Below are positions 1 through 10,469 of a stretch of DNA of 44,219 bases, one piece after another (position 1 is the first letter of the stretch; each line of letters starts with the position of its first letter). The stretch lies in the sequence record SRR31156797_3249. One strand, written 5' to 3'. The notes beneath the pieces were generated by a model. It worked only from the letters and a program-made list of their open reading frames with translations, did not search any database and was not told where the DNA came from. A program made the position numbers and the translations under genes.

Positions 1-49
1 AATGAACAGAAACTTATGTAGATTGGTATACAGCTCCGCCCTAAAACAG

Positions 50-75
50 AAAAGCCGATGCATCAGCATCGGCTT
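50..75 (-). terminator. Intrinsic terminator downstream of rraA
   Basis: Stem AAGCCGATGC(52-61)/GCATCGGCTT(66-75), 4-nt loop; the A-run at 50-53 gives a U-tract on the - strand, ~20 nt after the rraA stop. Confidence 0.7.
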
Positions 76-96
76 CTTATTCTAAATCAGCGTTGG

Positions 97-624
97 TTAC
101 AGAGTTTCGTCTTCTTCTACAACGTCTTCATCGGTCTCCAAATCAACATTCAACGGTTCCTGAGACAGAATGACCCCTGTGTTATCGGCATAAAGATAAT
201 CTTCAGGTAGAAAAGTAACACCACCGAAATTCACTGGCACATCCACTTCACCAATACCTTGGTTGTTAGCGCCTACAGGGATAGAAGCCATGGCCTGAAT
301 ACCGATGCTCATGTCTTCCAGCTCGTCAACTTCACGGACACAACCGTAGACGACAATACCTTCCCACTCATTTTCTTCCGCAAGAGCCGCTAACTCAGCA
401 TCAATCAGTGCGCGACGTAACGAACCGCCGCCATCGATAAGCAATACACGGCCAACGCCATCTTGCTCCAGAGTTTCACGAATGAGCCCATTATCTTCAA
501 AACACTTCACTGTAGTGATTTGGCCTGCAAAGGAGGCGCAGCCACCAAAGTTGCTAAACATAGGTTCTACCACGTCAACTTGATCGAGGTAAATATCACA
601 TAGCGCAGAGGTGTTGTATTCCAT
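97..624 (-). CDS. rraA: RraA family protein (regulator of RNase E activity A / HMG aldolase-like)
   Basis: [12 protein letters not shown]...FSNFGG...KCFEDNGL...[10 protein letters not shown] is typical RraA; menA-rraA synteny. Confidence 0.95.
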   Translation of the reverse strand: MEYNTSALCDIYLDQVDVVEPMFSNFGGCASFAGQITTVKCFEDNGLIRETLEQDGVGRVLLIDGGGSLRRALIDAELAALAEENEWEGIVVYGCVREVDELEDMSIGIQAMASIPVGANNQGIGEVDVPVNFGGVTFLPEDYLYADNTGVILSQEPLNVDLETDEDVVEEDETL

Positions 625-699
625 AGCCTTGTTCTCTTTACGAAAAGTCTACCAACGAGTATATCGGGTGATTAAGCCTTTGCAATGATACAGCGCAAA

Positions 700-1617
700 T
701 TAACTTGTCAGAGTTTGCGCGATAACCACGCCAACAAACAATAAGTTAGTAATTAGTGAGCACTTTACTATCACTGGCAACATCGGGGCAATTTGTGCTG
801 GCTTGCTTGTTTGCCATATCGCTCTGCCGTGTTTCGCGATAACGATGACACTGAGCAAAAATGGCAAACTGATCCACATTGGCTTGCCTTGCATTAACAG
901 GTAAGCAAAGAACGAGATTACTGCGCCCGATAACAGAGCAAAGTGATATTTTTTCGCTTTTATCTGACCTAATCGAACCGGAACCGTGCGCTTGCCGCAC
1001 TCTGCATCGTTTTCAATATCTCGCATATTGTTCACGTTAAGCACCGCCACCGCCATTAAGCCACAGCCCAATGAAGGTAAAAACAGGCTCCATTCAATAC
1101 TGCCTAAGTGGAGAAAATAAGTACCGCACACCCCCAATAGGCCAAAGAAGATGAACACGGATAAATCACCGAGCCCCAAATACCCATAGGGCTTATTGCC
1201 CACGGTATAGGCAATCGCGGCAATCATCGCCAACACTCCTAGGCCAATGAATGCCAAAATACTTTGCAAACTGTCTAATGCATAAAGCACCAACATTAGC
1301 CCGGCTGTAATAGTCAGTAGCACATTGATAATAATAGCGAGTTTCATATCCTTTAAGGTTACAGAACCTGATTGGATAGCTCGCATAGGCCCAATCCGCT
1401 TGTCATTGTCGGTACCTTTCACCGCATCGCCATAATCATTAGCCAAGTTTGACAATATCTGTAGTAGCGTCGCTGTCAGTAGAGCGAGCAGAGCAATAGG
1501 CAGAGAAAAATGCCCAGAGGAAAAAGCCAAAGCGCTTCCGGTAAAAATAGAAACGAGAGCGAGAGGAAGAGTCTTTGGTCGCGCCGCATCAAGCCAAATA
1601 TGCAGTGAGTTATTCAT
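700..1617 (-). CDS. menA: 1,4-dihydroxy-2-naphthoate octaprenyltransferase
   Basis: RPKTLPLA, LSNLANDYGDAVKGTD and NVNNMRDIEND UbiA-family motifs; multiple TM segments. Confidence 0.95.
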   Translation of the reverse strand: MNNSLHIWLDAARPKTLPLALVSIFTGSALAFSSGHFSLPIALLALLTATLLQILSNLANDYGDAVKGTDNDKRIGPMRAIQSGSVTLKDMKLAIIINVLLTITAGLMLVLYALDSLQSILAFIGLGVLAMIAAIAYTVGNKPYGYLGLGDLSVFIFFGLLGVCGTYFLHLGSIEWSLFLPSLGCGLMAVAVLNVNNMRDIENDAECGKRTVPVRLGQIKAKKYHFALLSGAVISFFAYLLMQGKPMWISLPFLLSVIVIAKHGRAIWQTSKPAQIAPMLPVIVKCSLITNLLFVGVVIAQTLTS

Positions 1618-1706
1618 AAAAATGCAATTTCATTCAACAATATCGTCAGTATATACCCAAAGTCCTTCAGCTGTCAGCGAGTCTATTTGGCTATCGAGAC
1701 GGAAAC

Positions 1707-1737
1707 AAAAAAGCTCGCCATTCACTAGCGAGCTTTT
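1707..1737 (-). terminator. Intrinsic terminator after hslU
   Basis: AAAAGCTCGC...GCGAGCTTTT inverted repeat with an A-run on the left (U-tract on the - strand). Confidence 0.7.
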
Positions 1738-1756
1738 CAATATTTAACGGAATCAA

Positions 1757-3088
1757 TTACAGAATGAAGCGGCTTAAATCTTCATCATCAACCAACTCAC
1801 CTAACTTACTTTTCACGTAAGCAGAATCAATAGTCAGTGCCGAACCCGCTTTGTCTGTCGCGTCGAATGAGATTTCATCCATTAAACGCTCCATCACAGT
1901 GTGCAGTCGACGCGCACCGATATTTTCAGTGGTCTCGTTCACTTGCCATGCTGCTTCTGCGATCTGCGCGATACCATCTTCGGTGAAGTTCACATCCACA
2001 TCTTCGGTTTTCATCAGCGCAGTGTACTGTTCCGTCAGCGACGCTTTTGGCTCAGTGAGAATGCGTTTGAAGTCATCACTGGAAAGCGCTTCAAGCTCAA
2101 CACGAATCGGTAAACGACCTTGAAGTTCTGGGATTAGATCAGAAGGTTTCGCCACCTGGAATGCGCCTGAAGCAACAAACAGAATGTGGTCGGTACGTAC
2201 CATACCGTGTTTGGTTGATACCGTGCTGCCTTCAATTAGTGGTAGTAAGTCACGCTGTACACCTTCGCGAGATACATCAGGGCCAGACACTTCACCACGC
2301 TTACAGATTTTATCGATCTCATCAATAAACACGATACCGTTGTTTTCTACGCTGAAGATCGCCTGCTCTTTTAGCTCTTCCTGATTCACCAACTTAGATG
2401 CTTCTTCTTCGGTTAGAACCTTAAACGCATCTTTGATTTTCAGCTTACGCTTCTTCTTGGTATCACCTGCAAGGTTTTGGAACATGCCTTGAAGCTGGTT
2501 AGTCATCTCTTCCATGCCTGGAGGCGCCATGATTTCAACACCCATTTGTGGTGCTGCGACATCCAGTTCAATCTCTTTATCGTCCAGCTTGCCTTCACGC
2601 AGCTTCTTGCGGAACACTTGGCGAGTGTTAGAGCTCTCTTCATTTTGCTCAGATTTACCCCAAGCGTCACGAGCCGGTGGTAATAACGCATCTAAAATAC
2701 GCTCTTCGGCAAGCTCTTCTGCGCGGAATTTTACTTTTTCAGTCGCTTGCTGGTGAGTCAGCTTAACGGCAACATCTGTCAGGTCGCGGATGATGGTTTC
2801 AACTTCTTTACCCACATAACCGACTTCAGTAAATTTTGTTGCTTCTACTTTAATGAAAGGCGCATTCGCCAGCTTGGCCAAACGGCGAGCAATTTCAGTT
2901 TTACCCACACCCGTTGGACCAATCATAAGAATGTTCTTTGGTGTTACTTCAACACGCAAGCTTTCTTCAAGCTGCATACGACGCCAACGGTTACGAAGAG
3001 CAATAGCGACAGCGCGTTTAGCGTTATCCTGACCGATGATATGACGGTTCAGTTCATGGACAATTTCACGAGGAGTCATTTCAGACAT
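1757..3088 (-). CDS. hslU: ATP-dependent protease ATPase subunit HslU
   Basis: [10 protein letters not shown] start, Walker [13 protein letters not shown] pore loop, Walker B FIDEIDK, C-terminal DLSRFIL. Confidence 0.98.
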   Translation of the reverse strand: MSEMTPREIVHELNRHIIGQDNAKRAVAIALRNRWRRMQLEESLRVEVTPKNILMIGPTGVGKTEIARRLAKLANAPFIKVEATKFTEVGYVGKEVETIIRDLTDVAVKLTHQQATEKVKFRAEELAEERILDALLPPARDAWGKSEQNEESSNTRQVFRKKLREGKLDDKEIELDVAAPQMGVEIMAPPGMEEMTNQLQGMFQNLAGDTKKKRKLKIKDAFKVLTEEEASKLVNQEELKEQAIFSVENNGIVFIDEIDKICKRGEVSGPDVSREGVQRDLLPLIEGSTVSTKHGMVRTDHILFVASGAFQVAKPSDLIPELQGRLPIRVELEALSSDDFKRILTEPKASLTEQYTALMKTEDVDVNFTEDGIAQIAEAAWQVNETTENIGARRLHTVMERLMDEISFDATDKAGSALTIDSAYVKSKLGELVDDEDLSRFIL

Positions 3089-3119
3089 AATGAATTCCTT
3101 AAATTCTAATCACACTGGT

Positions 3120-3674
3120 TTATTTTTGATCTTGAGAAATGAGTTCTGCCGGAATCTCTAACTCTTCGATTGTGTGGTGATGGTTGGTAAACACACAGAT
3201 ATCACCAGCGATTTTTAACGATTTTTCCGCGATTTCGCGTGCATCTAATTCGGTATTTTCCAATAAAGCGATAGCCGATGCTTGAGCAAAGTTGCCGCCT
3301 GAACCAATCGCAATCAGGTCATGCTCTGGCTGCACCACATCACCATTACCAGTGATGATCAGCGATGCCGTTTCATCTGCAACCGCTAAAATTGCTTCAA
3401 GACGACGCAAAGCGCGATCACTTCGCCAATCTTTTGCCAGTTCAACAGCAGCTTTGGTTAAATGCCCTTGGTGCATCTGCAACTTACTTTCAAAACGCTC
3501 AAACAGAGTGAACGCATCCGCGGTACCACCAGCAAATCCTGCCAATACTTTGTTGTTGTACAAACGACGAACTTTTTTCGCGTTGCCTTTCATTACCGTG
3601 TTGCCTAGCGACACTTGCCCGTCACCTGCGATGACAACTTTATTATTACGACGTACAGATACGATGGTAGTCAC
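3120..3674 (-). CDS. hslV: ATP-dependent protease peptidase subunit HslV (GTG start)
   Basis: N-terminal catalytic Thr (MTTIVSVRR), [16 protein letters not shown]; directly upstream of hslU. Confidence 0.98.
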   Translation of the reverse strand: MTTIVSVRRNNKVVIAGDGQVSLGNTVMKGNAKKVRRLYNNKVLAGFAGGTADAFTLFERFESKLQMHQGHLTKAAVELAKDWRSDRALRRLEAILAVADETASLIITGNGDVVQPEHDLIAIGSGGNFAQASAIALLENTELDAREIAEKSLKIAGDICVFTNHHHTIEELEIPAELISQDQK

Positions 3675-3715
3675 GAGATGGCCTCTTAATTATTTTCACT
3701 ATGGAGATAGAGGTT

Positions 3716-3746
3716 ATATGAGGATAGGAAAAATAGAATTCAAGGG
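3716..3746 (-). promoter_or_regulatory. Sigma-32 (heat-shock) promoter of hslVU
   Basis: The - strand reads CCCTTGAA-15 nt-CCTCATAT, matching the RpoH consensus CTTGAA...CCCCATnT; hslVU is a known RpoH operon. Confidence 0.8.
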
Positions 3747-3778
3747 AGAGGCGAAGCTTAAACTGATGCTTAAGCCAC

Positions 3779-3815
3779 AAAAAAGCCCAGTGCGAGTAAA
3801 ACGCTCTGGGCTTTT
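3779..3815 (-). terminator. Intrinsic terminator after ftsN
   Basis: AAAAGCCCAG...CTGGGCTTTT stem with an extended A-run on the left. Confidence 0.7.
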
Positions 3816-3833
3816 AAAATCAAGAATAGGTGA

Positions 3834-4376
3834 TTACTGCTGTTCTTTCCAAATTGCACATGGCTCAATTTTAGCTCGCTGCAGTTTGTGGCGGTCACGC
3901 TCGGCATCACGTTTAAAGGTATAAGGACCAAGTACTACACGGAACCAACTACTGCCTTCTTTCTTACGAATTTTACTCGTCAAACCTTGAAAGGCGATAT
4001 CAACCTTACGCTCTTCAGCTTGGCGCATGGTTTTATAAGCACCGCACTGCATAATGTAAGGTATTTCGGAAATTTCCTGCTCTTTAGCAATAACTTCAAT
4101 TTCACGCTTAGGTAAGGTATCAACGTAGTCCCATTTCTCCGTTGGTGGCGGTGGAATGGTCTCGGTTTTCTTCGGTTTTGGCTTAGCTGCCGGTTTTACC
4201 GCAACAGGCGCAGGTGGCTCAGGATCATTGTTCAAAATATACAATCCATAGCCAAATAAGCTGACGAGAACAACGGCCAACAGACCACTACGCCAAGGTT
4301 TACGACGAGAAGATGACTTTTTGGGGGCCGGCTTTTTTTGACTACGACCACGTCTTACATAATCTTTATTAGCCAC
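3834..4376 (-). CDS. ftsN: Cell division protein FtsN (short form, C-terminal SPOR domain; GTG start)
   Basis: MANKDYVRRGR N-terminus, one TM helix, Pro-rich linker, EKWDY, SPOR signature QCGAY...WFRVVLGPY; cytR-ftsN-hslV synteny. Confidence 0.9.
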   Translation of the reverse strand: MANKDYVRRGRSQKKPAPKKSSSRRKPWRSGLLAVVLVSLFGYGLYILNNDPEPPAPVAVKPAAKPKPKKTETIPPPPTEKWDYVDTLPKREIEVIAKEQEISEIPYIMQCGAYKTMRQAEERKVDIAFQGLTSKIRKKEGSSWFRVVLGPYTFKRDAERDRHKLQRAKIEPCAIWKEQQ

Positions 4377-4502
4377 TAGATATTTTCAACAGTTATAAAA
4401 ATCAGCCCACATGTTAAAGCAGTTTTACTTTAGATAACAGAGGCTAGGTAGGCAGTACCTAATTTGATACTACCTAACTATCCCGAAAGCAGCTTAAGCG
4501 AC

Positions 4503-5510
4503 TTAGTGAGAGCGAGGAGGCGCTGCGCTTTCGCGTACCACGAGTTGAGTTTCCAACAAACGAGAACCCGCTTGTACATCGTGACCACGGAGTAGCTCCA
4601 GCATCATTAACATGGCCTGGCGGCCTATCTCATAACGAGGTTGAGAAATCGTGGTTAACGGCGGATCGCAGTACTGTGAGAACTGAATATCATCGAAACC
4701 CACAATCGATAAATCACGCGGCACTCTTAAGCCTAATCGCTTCGCTTCTTGAATCGCACCGATAGCCATGGTGTCGTTGTGACAGAAAATCGCGGTTGGC
4801 GCGTCAGGCAATGACATCAATTGACGAACCGCCTTAACACCCGATTCAAAGGTAAAGTCACCATAAGCGGTATAAGTTGGATTCATGGTAATACCCGCCC
4901 GACGTAAAGCTTGCTGATATCCTTGGAAACGGAACTGGCATAAAGTCGCACTCTCTGGACCAGAGATCTGTGCAATACGCTTATGACCAAGTTGCGTGAG
5001 ATAGTTCACCGCTTCAAATGCTGAGGTTAAGTTATCAATATGAACCGTTGGTAGCTCAAGCTCTGGAGCAAATTCACACGCCATCACCATAGGCGGTAGA
5101 TTTTTTTGCTCTGGCTTACTCACGTCAAAAGGTAAATCGGTACCGAGCAGCAGCATCCCATCGGCTTGCTTGGTAAAGACCAGATTAACGAACGAGCTCT
5201 CTCGCTTCTTCTGCTGCCCACTATCACCTAACAGCACAAGATAGCCATGTTCCATTGCAGCATCTTCGATACCACGAATGATTTCTGTAAAGTACGGGTC
5301 GCAAATATCAGGGACGATCGCAACGATTGTCTTGGATTCGTTACGACGTAAATTTCGAGCTAAAGAATTCGGTGAATAGCCCGCTTCTAAAACCGCTTCT
5401 TCTACGCGCTTGCGAGTTGAAGACGATACTTTTTCAGGATTCATCAGAGCGCGCGAGACTGTCGCAGTCGATACGCCAGCAAGCTGAGCAACATCCTTCA
5501 TTGTCGCCAT
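4503..5510 (-). CDS. cytR: LacI-family transcriptional regulator CytR
   Basis: HTH MATMKDVAQLAGVSTATVSRAL; PDICDPYF, MACEFAPELELPTVHIDN; priA-cytR-ftsN synteny. Confidence 0.95.
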   Translation of the reverse strand: MATMKDVAQLAGVSTATVSRALMNPEKVSSSTRKRVEEAVLEAGYSPNSLARNLRRNESKTIVAIVPDICDPYFTEIIRGIEDAAMEHGYLVLLGDSGQQKKRESSFVNLVFTKQADGMLLLGTDLPFDVSKPEQKNLPPMVMACEFAPELELPTVHIDNLTSAFEAVNYLTQLGHKRIAQISGPESATLCQFRFQGYQQALRRAGITMNPTYTAYGDFTFESGVKAVRQLMSLPDAPTAIFCHNDTMAIGAIQEAKRLGLRVPRDLSIVGFDDIQFSQYCDPPLTTISQPRYEIGRQAMLMMLELLRGHDVQAGSRLLETQLVVRESAAPPRSH

Positions 5511-5724
5511 GTTTAGTAGCCCTCTTTAATTTTCCTTAACGGTGTTTCAACAACACCTTATGTAATTATGCAGTGGCGTATAAGTTATGTGATACACACC
5601 CAACCTTTTAGTGATTTAATCACATTTCACGTCGCGAAAACGATTCACTAACGCAATAATACCGATAGTCTATTCATTTCCGAGTAGAAAGTTACGGTCA
5701 AATTAACAAATTTTGCACTACAAC

Positions 5725-5740
5725 CGTGACTTCCATCACA
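5725..5740. promoter_or_regulatory. CRP binding site upstream of cytR
   Basis: CGTGA-CTTCCA-TCACA, a 9/10 match to TGTGA-N6-TCACA; a TGCAA CytR-like half-site lies next to it on the - strand (5713-5717). Confidence 0.7.
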
Positions 5741-5806
5741 TTAGAGAATGTTTATATAAAATGCCGTTCTGTTCTTGCCGAATTGATTAATAAAATCAGT
5801 GAGTTT

Positions 5807-8008
5807 TTAGCTCAAGTCTTGCGGCTCTATATCAATCGTCCAACGCACTTTATTGGCTAAAGGCAACATCGAAATGGCAGGCTTAGCACTCATTAATAGT
5901 TTTTGCATCACAGACCGCGCTTCCGTTTGAAGTAGTAGTTGCCAGCGATATTTACCCGCTCGCTTAGCAAGTGGGGCCGGAGTAGGTCCAAGCACCATGC
6001 AATGAGCGTCAAACAGTGGATGTGACTCGAGTGTCTGCCTTAGTTGACGCAAGAAATCCTCCACCATTTGTGATTGATTACCTTCAGCCCTAAATAGAGT
6101 TAGAAAAGTATATGGCGGTAGCATCGCCAGCTTACGTTCAGCAAGAGCGGTTAAAGCGAAGTGGTGATAATCTCGCTGCAATAAGTCTTGCAACAAACTA
6201 TGTTCGGGGTGATGAGTCTGTAAAATCACCTCTCCGGGCTTACTTGCTCGTCCAGCGCGCCCAGCAACTTGTATGAACAGCTGAGCCAAACGTTCTGATG
6301 CTCGAAAATCGCTGCTGTACAGAGAACCATCGACATCCAATAAAGCGACCAAAGTAACATCTGGGAAATGGTGTCCTTTGGCTAACATCTGAGTTCCAAT
6401 CAGGATCTGATACTCACCTTTGCGGATCGATTCTAACGCCGACTCTAAACTGCCTTTTCGGCGCGTACTGTCACGGTCAATCCGAATCGTTTTATATTCA
6501 GGGAAAAGATCGCCCAGTTGTTTCTCTAGCTGTTCTGTCCCTACGCCCACCGTCACCAATTGAGTAGATCCACATCCCTGACATTGATGAATAACCGGAC
6601 GCTGCGACCCACAGTGGTGACAACGCATTTCGTTACTGTATTGGTGGAAGGTATAATAAGCATCGCAGCGTTGACAATCGGCAATCCAACCACATTCATG
6701 GCACATTAACGCCGGAGAGAATCCGCGGCGGTTGAGAAACAGTAACACCTGATTACCGGAAGAGAGATGGCGACGCATTTCGGCGATCAGAGGTGCCGAC
6801 AAGCCACTTTCCAGATAAAGCCCTTTAACATCCAATACGCGATTGCGAGTAGGCACCGCAACACCAGCACGCTCAGTCAATTGAAGGTGATGGTATTTAC
6901 CAGTCAGAGCGTTATGCAAGGTCTCTAAGGCGGGTGTGGCTGATCCAAGCACAATAGGAATTTGCTCTTGATTGGCTCTCATCACGGCAACATCTCGGGC
7001 ATGATAGCGAAGACTATCCTGCTGCTTATAAGAGCTGTCATGTTCTTCATCGACGATAATAATGCCGAGGTCAGCAAAAGGGGTCAGTAGCGCCGAGCGA
7101 GTACCAATGACGATTCCCGCCACTTTGTCACGCGCAGAAAGCCAAGAATTTAGTCGCTCAGTATCATTCAAACCAGAGTGAATCACTTCAACAGGAACGT
7201 TAAAGCGTTTTTTAAACCGATTAATCGTCTGTGGCGTTAAACCAATTTCCGGAACTAAAACCAGAGCTTGTTTACCTTTCTCAAGCACTGGTTTAATTAA
7301 GTTCAGATACACTTCTGTTTTTCCGGAGCCAGTGACACCCTCTAGTAAATAGCAACCAAACCCCTGCTTGCTGTTTACAGAAGCTATCGAGACCGCCTGC
7401 TCTTGGTTTAGTTTTGGCTTATCAACATCAGCTTCTACCTGTTTTGGCCAAGGCCTGAATTGAGGCTTTTGTTCGCTAACTTCTATCCAGCCTTTTTCCT
7501 GTAGCGTTTTGAGCGTGGCACTACTCACCTCTTCTTCCAGTAAAAACGAGTGCGATACAGGCCCAGACGCCAATAGGTTCATCACTTGAGCCTGCTTAAA
7601 TGCACGACCAAAGCCTTGCATCAGCTGATCTCGTCCTCGCTCAGTCATGCTCCATTCTTTGCAACTGGCAAAATCGGCAGGTTTTCCTTTACGCAAAGCA
7701 CTCGGCATTGCATTAGCCAATGTGTCACCGAAAGGAAACTGATAGAACTGACTGCACCACTTTAACAGGGTGTAGAGGTTATCCGGCCAAACAGGTTGTG
7801 AATCAAGGACCTCTTTGATTGGCTTAAGCTTATCAATCGAAAACTCAGACTCCTGAACCAACTCAGTGACAACACCAACCAGAGTTTTAGGACCAAAAGG
7901 AACAGAGACACGCCCACCAATAATTGGAAACAGAAAGTTTGGAATCAAATAATCGAACTGTTTATCCAAAGGGACAGGCAGTGCAACTCGGGCAATAGTT
8001 GGGCGCAT
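5807..8008 (-). CDS. priA: Primosomal protein N' (replication restart helicase)
   Basis: GVTGSGKT, DEEH, Cys-rich zinc module (CHEC, CQRC, CHHC, CQGC), QVAGRAGR. ATG at 8008 (MRPTIARVALPVP) preferred over the ORF-track TTG at 8020. Confidence 0.97.
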   Translation of the reverse strand: MRPTIARVALPVPLDKQFDYLIPNFLFPIIGGRVSVPFGPKTLVGVVTELVQESEFSIDKLKPIKEVLDSQPVWPDNLYTLLKWCSQFYQFPFGDTLANAMPSALRKGKPADFASCKEWSMTERGRDQLMQGFGRAFKQAQVMNLLASGPVSHSFLLEEEVSSATLKTLQEKGWIEVSEQKPQFRPWPKQVEADVDKPKLNQEQAVSIASVNSKQGFGCYLLEGVTGSGKTEVYLNLIKPVLEKGKQALVLVPEIGLTPQTINRFKKRFNVPVEVIHSGLNDTERLNSWLSARDKVAGIVIGTRSALLTPFADLGIIIVDEEHDSSYKQQDSLRYHARDVAVMRANQEQIPIVLGSATPALETLHNALTGKYHHLQLTERAGVAVPTRNRVLDVKGLYLESGLSAPLIAEMRRHLSSGNQVLLFLNRRGFSPALMCHECGWIADCQRCDAYYTFHQYSNEMRCHHCGSQRPVIHQCQGCGSTQLVTVGVGTEQLEKQLGDLFPEYKTIRIDRDSTRRKGSLESALESIRKGEYQILIGTQMLAKGHHFPDVTLVALLDVDGSLYSSDFRASERLAQLFIQVAGRAGRASKPGEVILQTHHPEHSLLQDLLQRDYHHFALTALAERKLAMLPPYTFLTLFRAEGNQSQMVEDFLRQLRQTLESHPLFDAHCMVLGPTPAPLAKRAGKYRWQLLLQTEARSVMQKLLMSAKPAISMLPLANKVRWTIDIEPQDLS

Positions 8009-8106
8009 AGGGTTTGGCAACGAACAGAAATAATAGAAAATACAGTCTACTGGATGAGGAAGGTAAATTCGAGCAGCGAATGTGGTGAAAATATCAGCGA
8101 AAACGG

Positions 8107-8135
8107 TTGATCCACCGTGCCGGATTCATTACTAT
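8107..8135 (+). promoter_or_regulatory. Sigma-70 promoter of rpmE
   Basis: TTGATC-17 nt-TACTAT followed by a GC-rich discriminator-like stretch. Confidence 0.65.
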
Positions 8136-8200
8136 ATCGCGCCTTGATGAGATGCTTAATAAAAACACTCATCAAGTAACACCTAATTTATTTAAATCTA

Positions 8201-8236
8201 CGTGTGGTGTCCGGCATAGACTCGGATAGCGACACG
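8201..8236 (+). promoter_or_regulatory. rpmE (bL31) 5' leader hairpin, probable autogenous control element
   Basis: CGTGT(8201-05)/ACACG(8232-36) and TGTCCG/CGGATA stems with an internal loop, just upstream of the GAGG SD; a structured rpmE leader is known in gammaproteobacteria. Confidence 0.55.
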
Positions 8237-8256
8237 GCCTAATTTGAGGTTATCCC

Positions 8257-8475
8257 ATGAAAACTGGTATCCACCCAGAATACAAAGAAGTAAACGCTAC
8301 TTGCTCTTGCGGCAACTCATTCGTTTTCAAATCTACTCTAGCTAAAGAAGCTATGCACCTAGACGTATGTGATAAGTGCCACCCATTCTACACTGGTAAG
8401 CAACGTAACGTTGATACTGGTGGTCGTATCGATCGCTTCAACAAGCGTTTCGGCGCTCTATCAAGCAAGAAGTAA
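8257..8475 (+). CDS. rpmE: 50S ribosomal protein L31 (zinc-binding type)
   Basis: [12 protein letters not shown]...[23 protein letters not shown]. Confidence 0.98.
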   Translation: MKTGIHPEYKEVNATCSCGNSFVFKSTLAKEAMHLDVCDKCHPFYTGKQRNVDTGGRIDRFNKRFGALSSKK

Positions 8476-8498
8476 TTACTACTTTACGCGAAGATTCG

Positions 8499-8524
8499 AA
8501 AAGGACGCTACGGCGTCCTTTTTT
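8499..8524 (+). terminator. Intrinsic terminator after rpmE
   Basis: AAAAGGACGC-TACG-GCGTCCTTTTTT. Confidence 0.85.
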
Positions 8525-8654
8525 AGTTTCTATACTCAAAAAACCAATAATCTGGTCTTATGAGCCATTCTCGACACTTATCTTGGCTAGGCAGAACCAT
8601 TCACATAGACTAGAATGAGTGGCCTTAAATAATAACAATAAGGCTCCCCTTTTC

Positions 8655-9932
8655 ATGTCCAACAACGATCGCCAAGAACTTACCGAAGAAGAGGCTTTTC
8701 GCCAACAAGCTCTCGACTACCATGCACTCCCAACTCCGGGAAAAATTGCTGTTTCACTGACCAAGCCTGCAGATTCCGCTCAAGATCTTGCACTTGCTTA
8801 CAGCCCTGGTGTGGCAGAACCGGTTCGTGAAATCGCCCAAAGTATTGATAACATTTACAAATACACAGCCAAAGGTAACACCGTTGCGGTTATCTCTAAC
8901 GGTACTGCAATTTTAGGTTTAGGTAACCTTGGTCCAATGGCTTCCAAGCCTGTCATGGAAGGTAAAGCACTGCTGTTTAAACGCTTTGCTAACTTAGATT
9001 CTATCGATATCCAGGTCAAGCACCGCACTATCGATGAGTTCGTCGATACTGTGGCGAATATTGCTGATACATTTGGTGGCATCAACCTAGAAGACATCAA
9101 AGCACCTGACTGTTTTGAAATTGAGCGTCGCTTGATTGAACGATGTGATGTACCGGTGTTCCACGATGACCAGCACGGCACAGCGATTGTTACCGCAGCA
9201 GGTATGCTGAACGCTATTGAGCTGCAAGGCAAAAACCTCAATGAATGTACCATTGTCTGTTTAGGTGCAGGTGCCGCAGCCGTCGCATGTATGGAGCTAC
9301 TGATTAAGTGTGGCGCAATGCGCGAAAAGATTTACATGCTGGACCGTAAAGGTGTGATTCATACGCGTCGTGACGACTTGAACGAATACAAGCAGCTGTT
9401 TGCTAACAACACCGATAAACGCACTTTAGAAGATGTGATTGAAGGTGCCGATCTATTCTTAGGTGTATCAGGTCCTAACCTACTTCCAGCCGAAGCATTG
9501 AAGCTGATGGCGGATAAACCGGTTGTGTTTGCTTGTTCAAACCCTGATCCAGAAATCAAGCCAGCACTGGCGCATGAAGTCCGTGATGACTTAATCATGG
9601 GTACGGGACGCAGCGACTATCCAAACCAGGTGAACAACGTTCTTTGCTTCCCATTCATTTTCCGTGGTGCGCTGGATGTTCGTGCCAGTGAAATTAATGA
9701 CCAGATGAAGCTGGCAGCCGTTGACGCGATTCGTCAACTGGCTAAAGAATCCGTTCCAGCCGACGTATTACAAGCAGCAGGTGTTGAAGCTCTGACTTTT
9801 GGTCCGAACTACATCATTCCTAAACCGATGGATCCTCGCTTACTTCCTCGTGTAGCGAAAGCCGTAGCACAAGCAGCCGTAGATTCTGGTGCCGCTCGTA
9901 TCGAGATGCCTGAAAACTACATGAACGACTAA
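8655..9932 (+). CDS. NAD(P)-dependent malic enzyme (MaeB-like, without PTA domain)
   Basis: LAYSPGVA, KPVMEGKA, FGGINLEDI, FHDDQHGTA, GAGAAA, TGRSDYPNQVNN. ATG 8655 preferred over GTG 8619; start uncertain. Confidence 0.92.
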   Translation: MSNNDRQELTEEEAFRQQALDYHALPTPGKIAVSLTKPADSAQDLALAYSPGVAEPVREIAQSIDNIYKYTAKGNTVAVISNGTAILGLGNLGPMASKPVMEGKALLFKRFANLDSIDIQVKHRTIDEFVDTVANIADTFGGINLEDIKAPDCFEIERRLIERCDVPVFHDDQHGTAIVTAAGMLNAIELQGKNLNECTIVCLGAGAAAVACMELLIKCGAMREKIYMLDRKGVIHTRRDDLNEYKQLFANNTDKRTLEDVIEGADLFLGVSGPNLLPAEALKLMADKPVVFACSNPDPEIKPALAHEVRDDLIMGTGRSDYPNQVNNVLCFPFIFRGALDVRASEINDQMKLAAVDAIRQLAKESVPADVLQAAGVEALTFGPNYIIPKPMDPRLLPRVAKAVAQAAVDSGAARIEMPENYMND

Positions 9933-9953
9933 GCTAAATTTAATTTAGCGATT

Positions 9954-9987
9954 AAAAAGCCCCAGTTTGTAAAAACCGGGGCTTTTT
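9954..9987. terminator. Bidirectional terminator between malic enzyme and metJ
   Basis: AAAAAGCCCC...GGGGCTTTTT between convergent genes. Confidence 0.85.
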
Positions 9988-10023
9988 GCATTTATTTTTT
10001 AAAAAAGTGCGGTGACGAACGAT

Positions 10024-10341
10024 TTAATCGTCGTATGCTTCGAACTCAATACCCATTTCTGTCATCAGGGCTTTAACTTCTGCTGGCAAATCATCAGGAC
10101 GATCTTTACGTAAATCTTCATCTGTTGGTAGTGGCTGACCAGTGTAAGCATGCAAAAAAGCTTCACACAAAAGTTCGCTATTTGTCGCATGACGCAAATT
10201 ATTGATCTGGCGACGAGTGCGCTCATCTGTCAGTATTTTCAATACCTTAAGTGGAATTGAAACAGTGATTTTTTTCACTTGCTCACTCTTTTTCCCATGC
10301 TCTGCATAAGGGCTTATATATTCACCATTCCAGTCTGCCAT
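10024..10341 (-). CDS. metJ: Methionine repressor MetJ
   Basis: [18 protein letters not shown]...KKITVSIP...[17 protein letters not shown]. Confidence 0.98.
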   Translation of the reverse strand: MADWNGEYISPYAEHGKKSEQVKKITVSIPLKVLKILTDERTRRQINNLRHATNSELLCEAFLHAYTGQPLPTDEDLRKDRPDDLPAEVKALMTEMGIEFEAYDD

Positions 10342-10417
10342 TGCGCACCTTCATTATTCAAATTCGAAGTCAAAATTTTTAAGCACAGATTTTAGCGGGA
10401 TTTACCGCCATAAGCAA

Positions 10418-10449
10418 AGACATATAGACGTCTAGAAGTGTTGACGTCT
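10418..10449. promoter_or_regulatory. Four tandem Met boxes (MetJ operator) between metJ and metB
   Basis: AGACATAT|AGACGTCT|AGAAGTGT|TGACGTCT (6, 8, 6 and 7 of 8 matches to AGACGTCT). Confidence 0.92.
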
Positions 10450-10469
10450 TTATTTTAGATAAGTAAAGT
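10441..10469 (+). promoter_or_regulatory. Sigma-70 promoter of metBL
   Basis: TTGACG-17 nt-TAAAGT; the -35 element overlaps the Met boxes. Confidence 0.7.

Noticed and set aside
3292-3924. 210-aa + strand ORF overlapping hslV and ftsN
   Set aside because: Antisense shadow of well-supported genes; crosses a terminator and promoter; no recognisable motif or SD.
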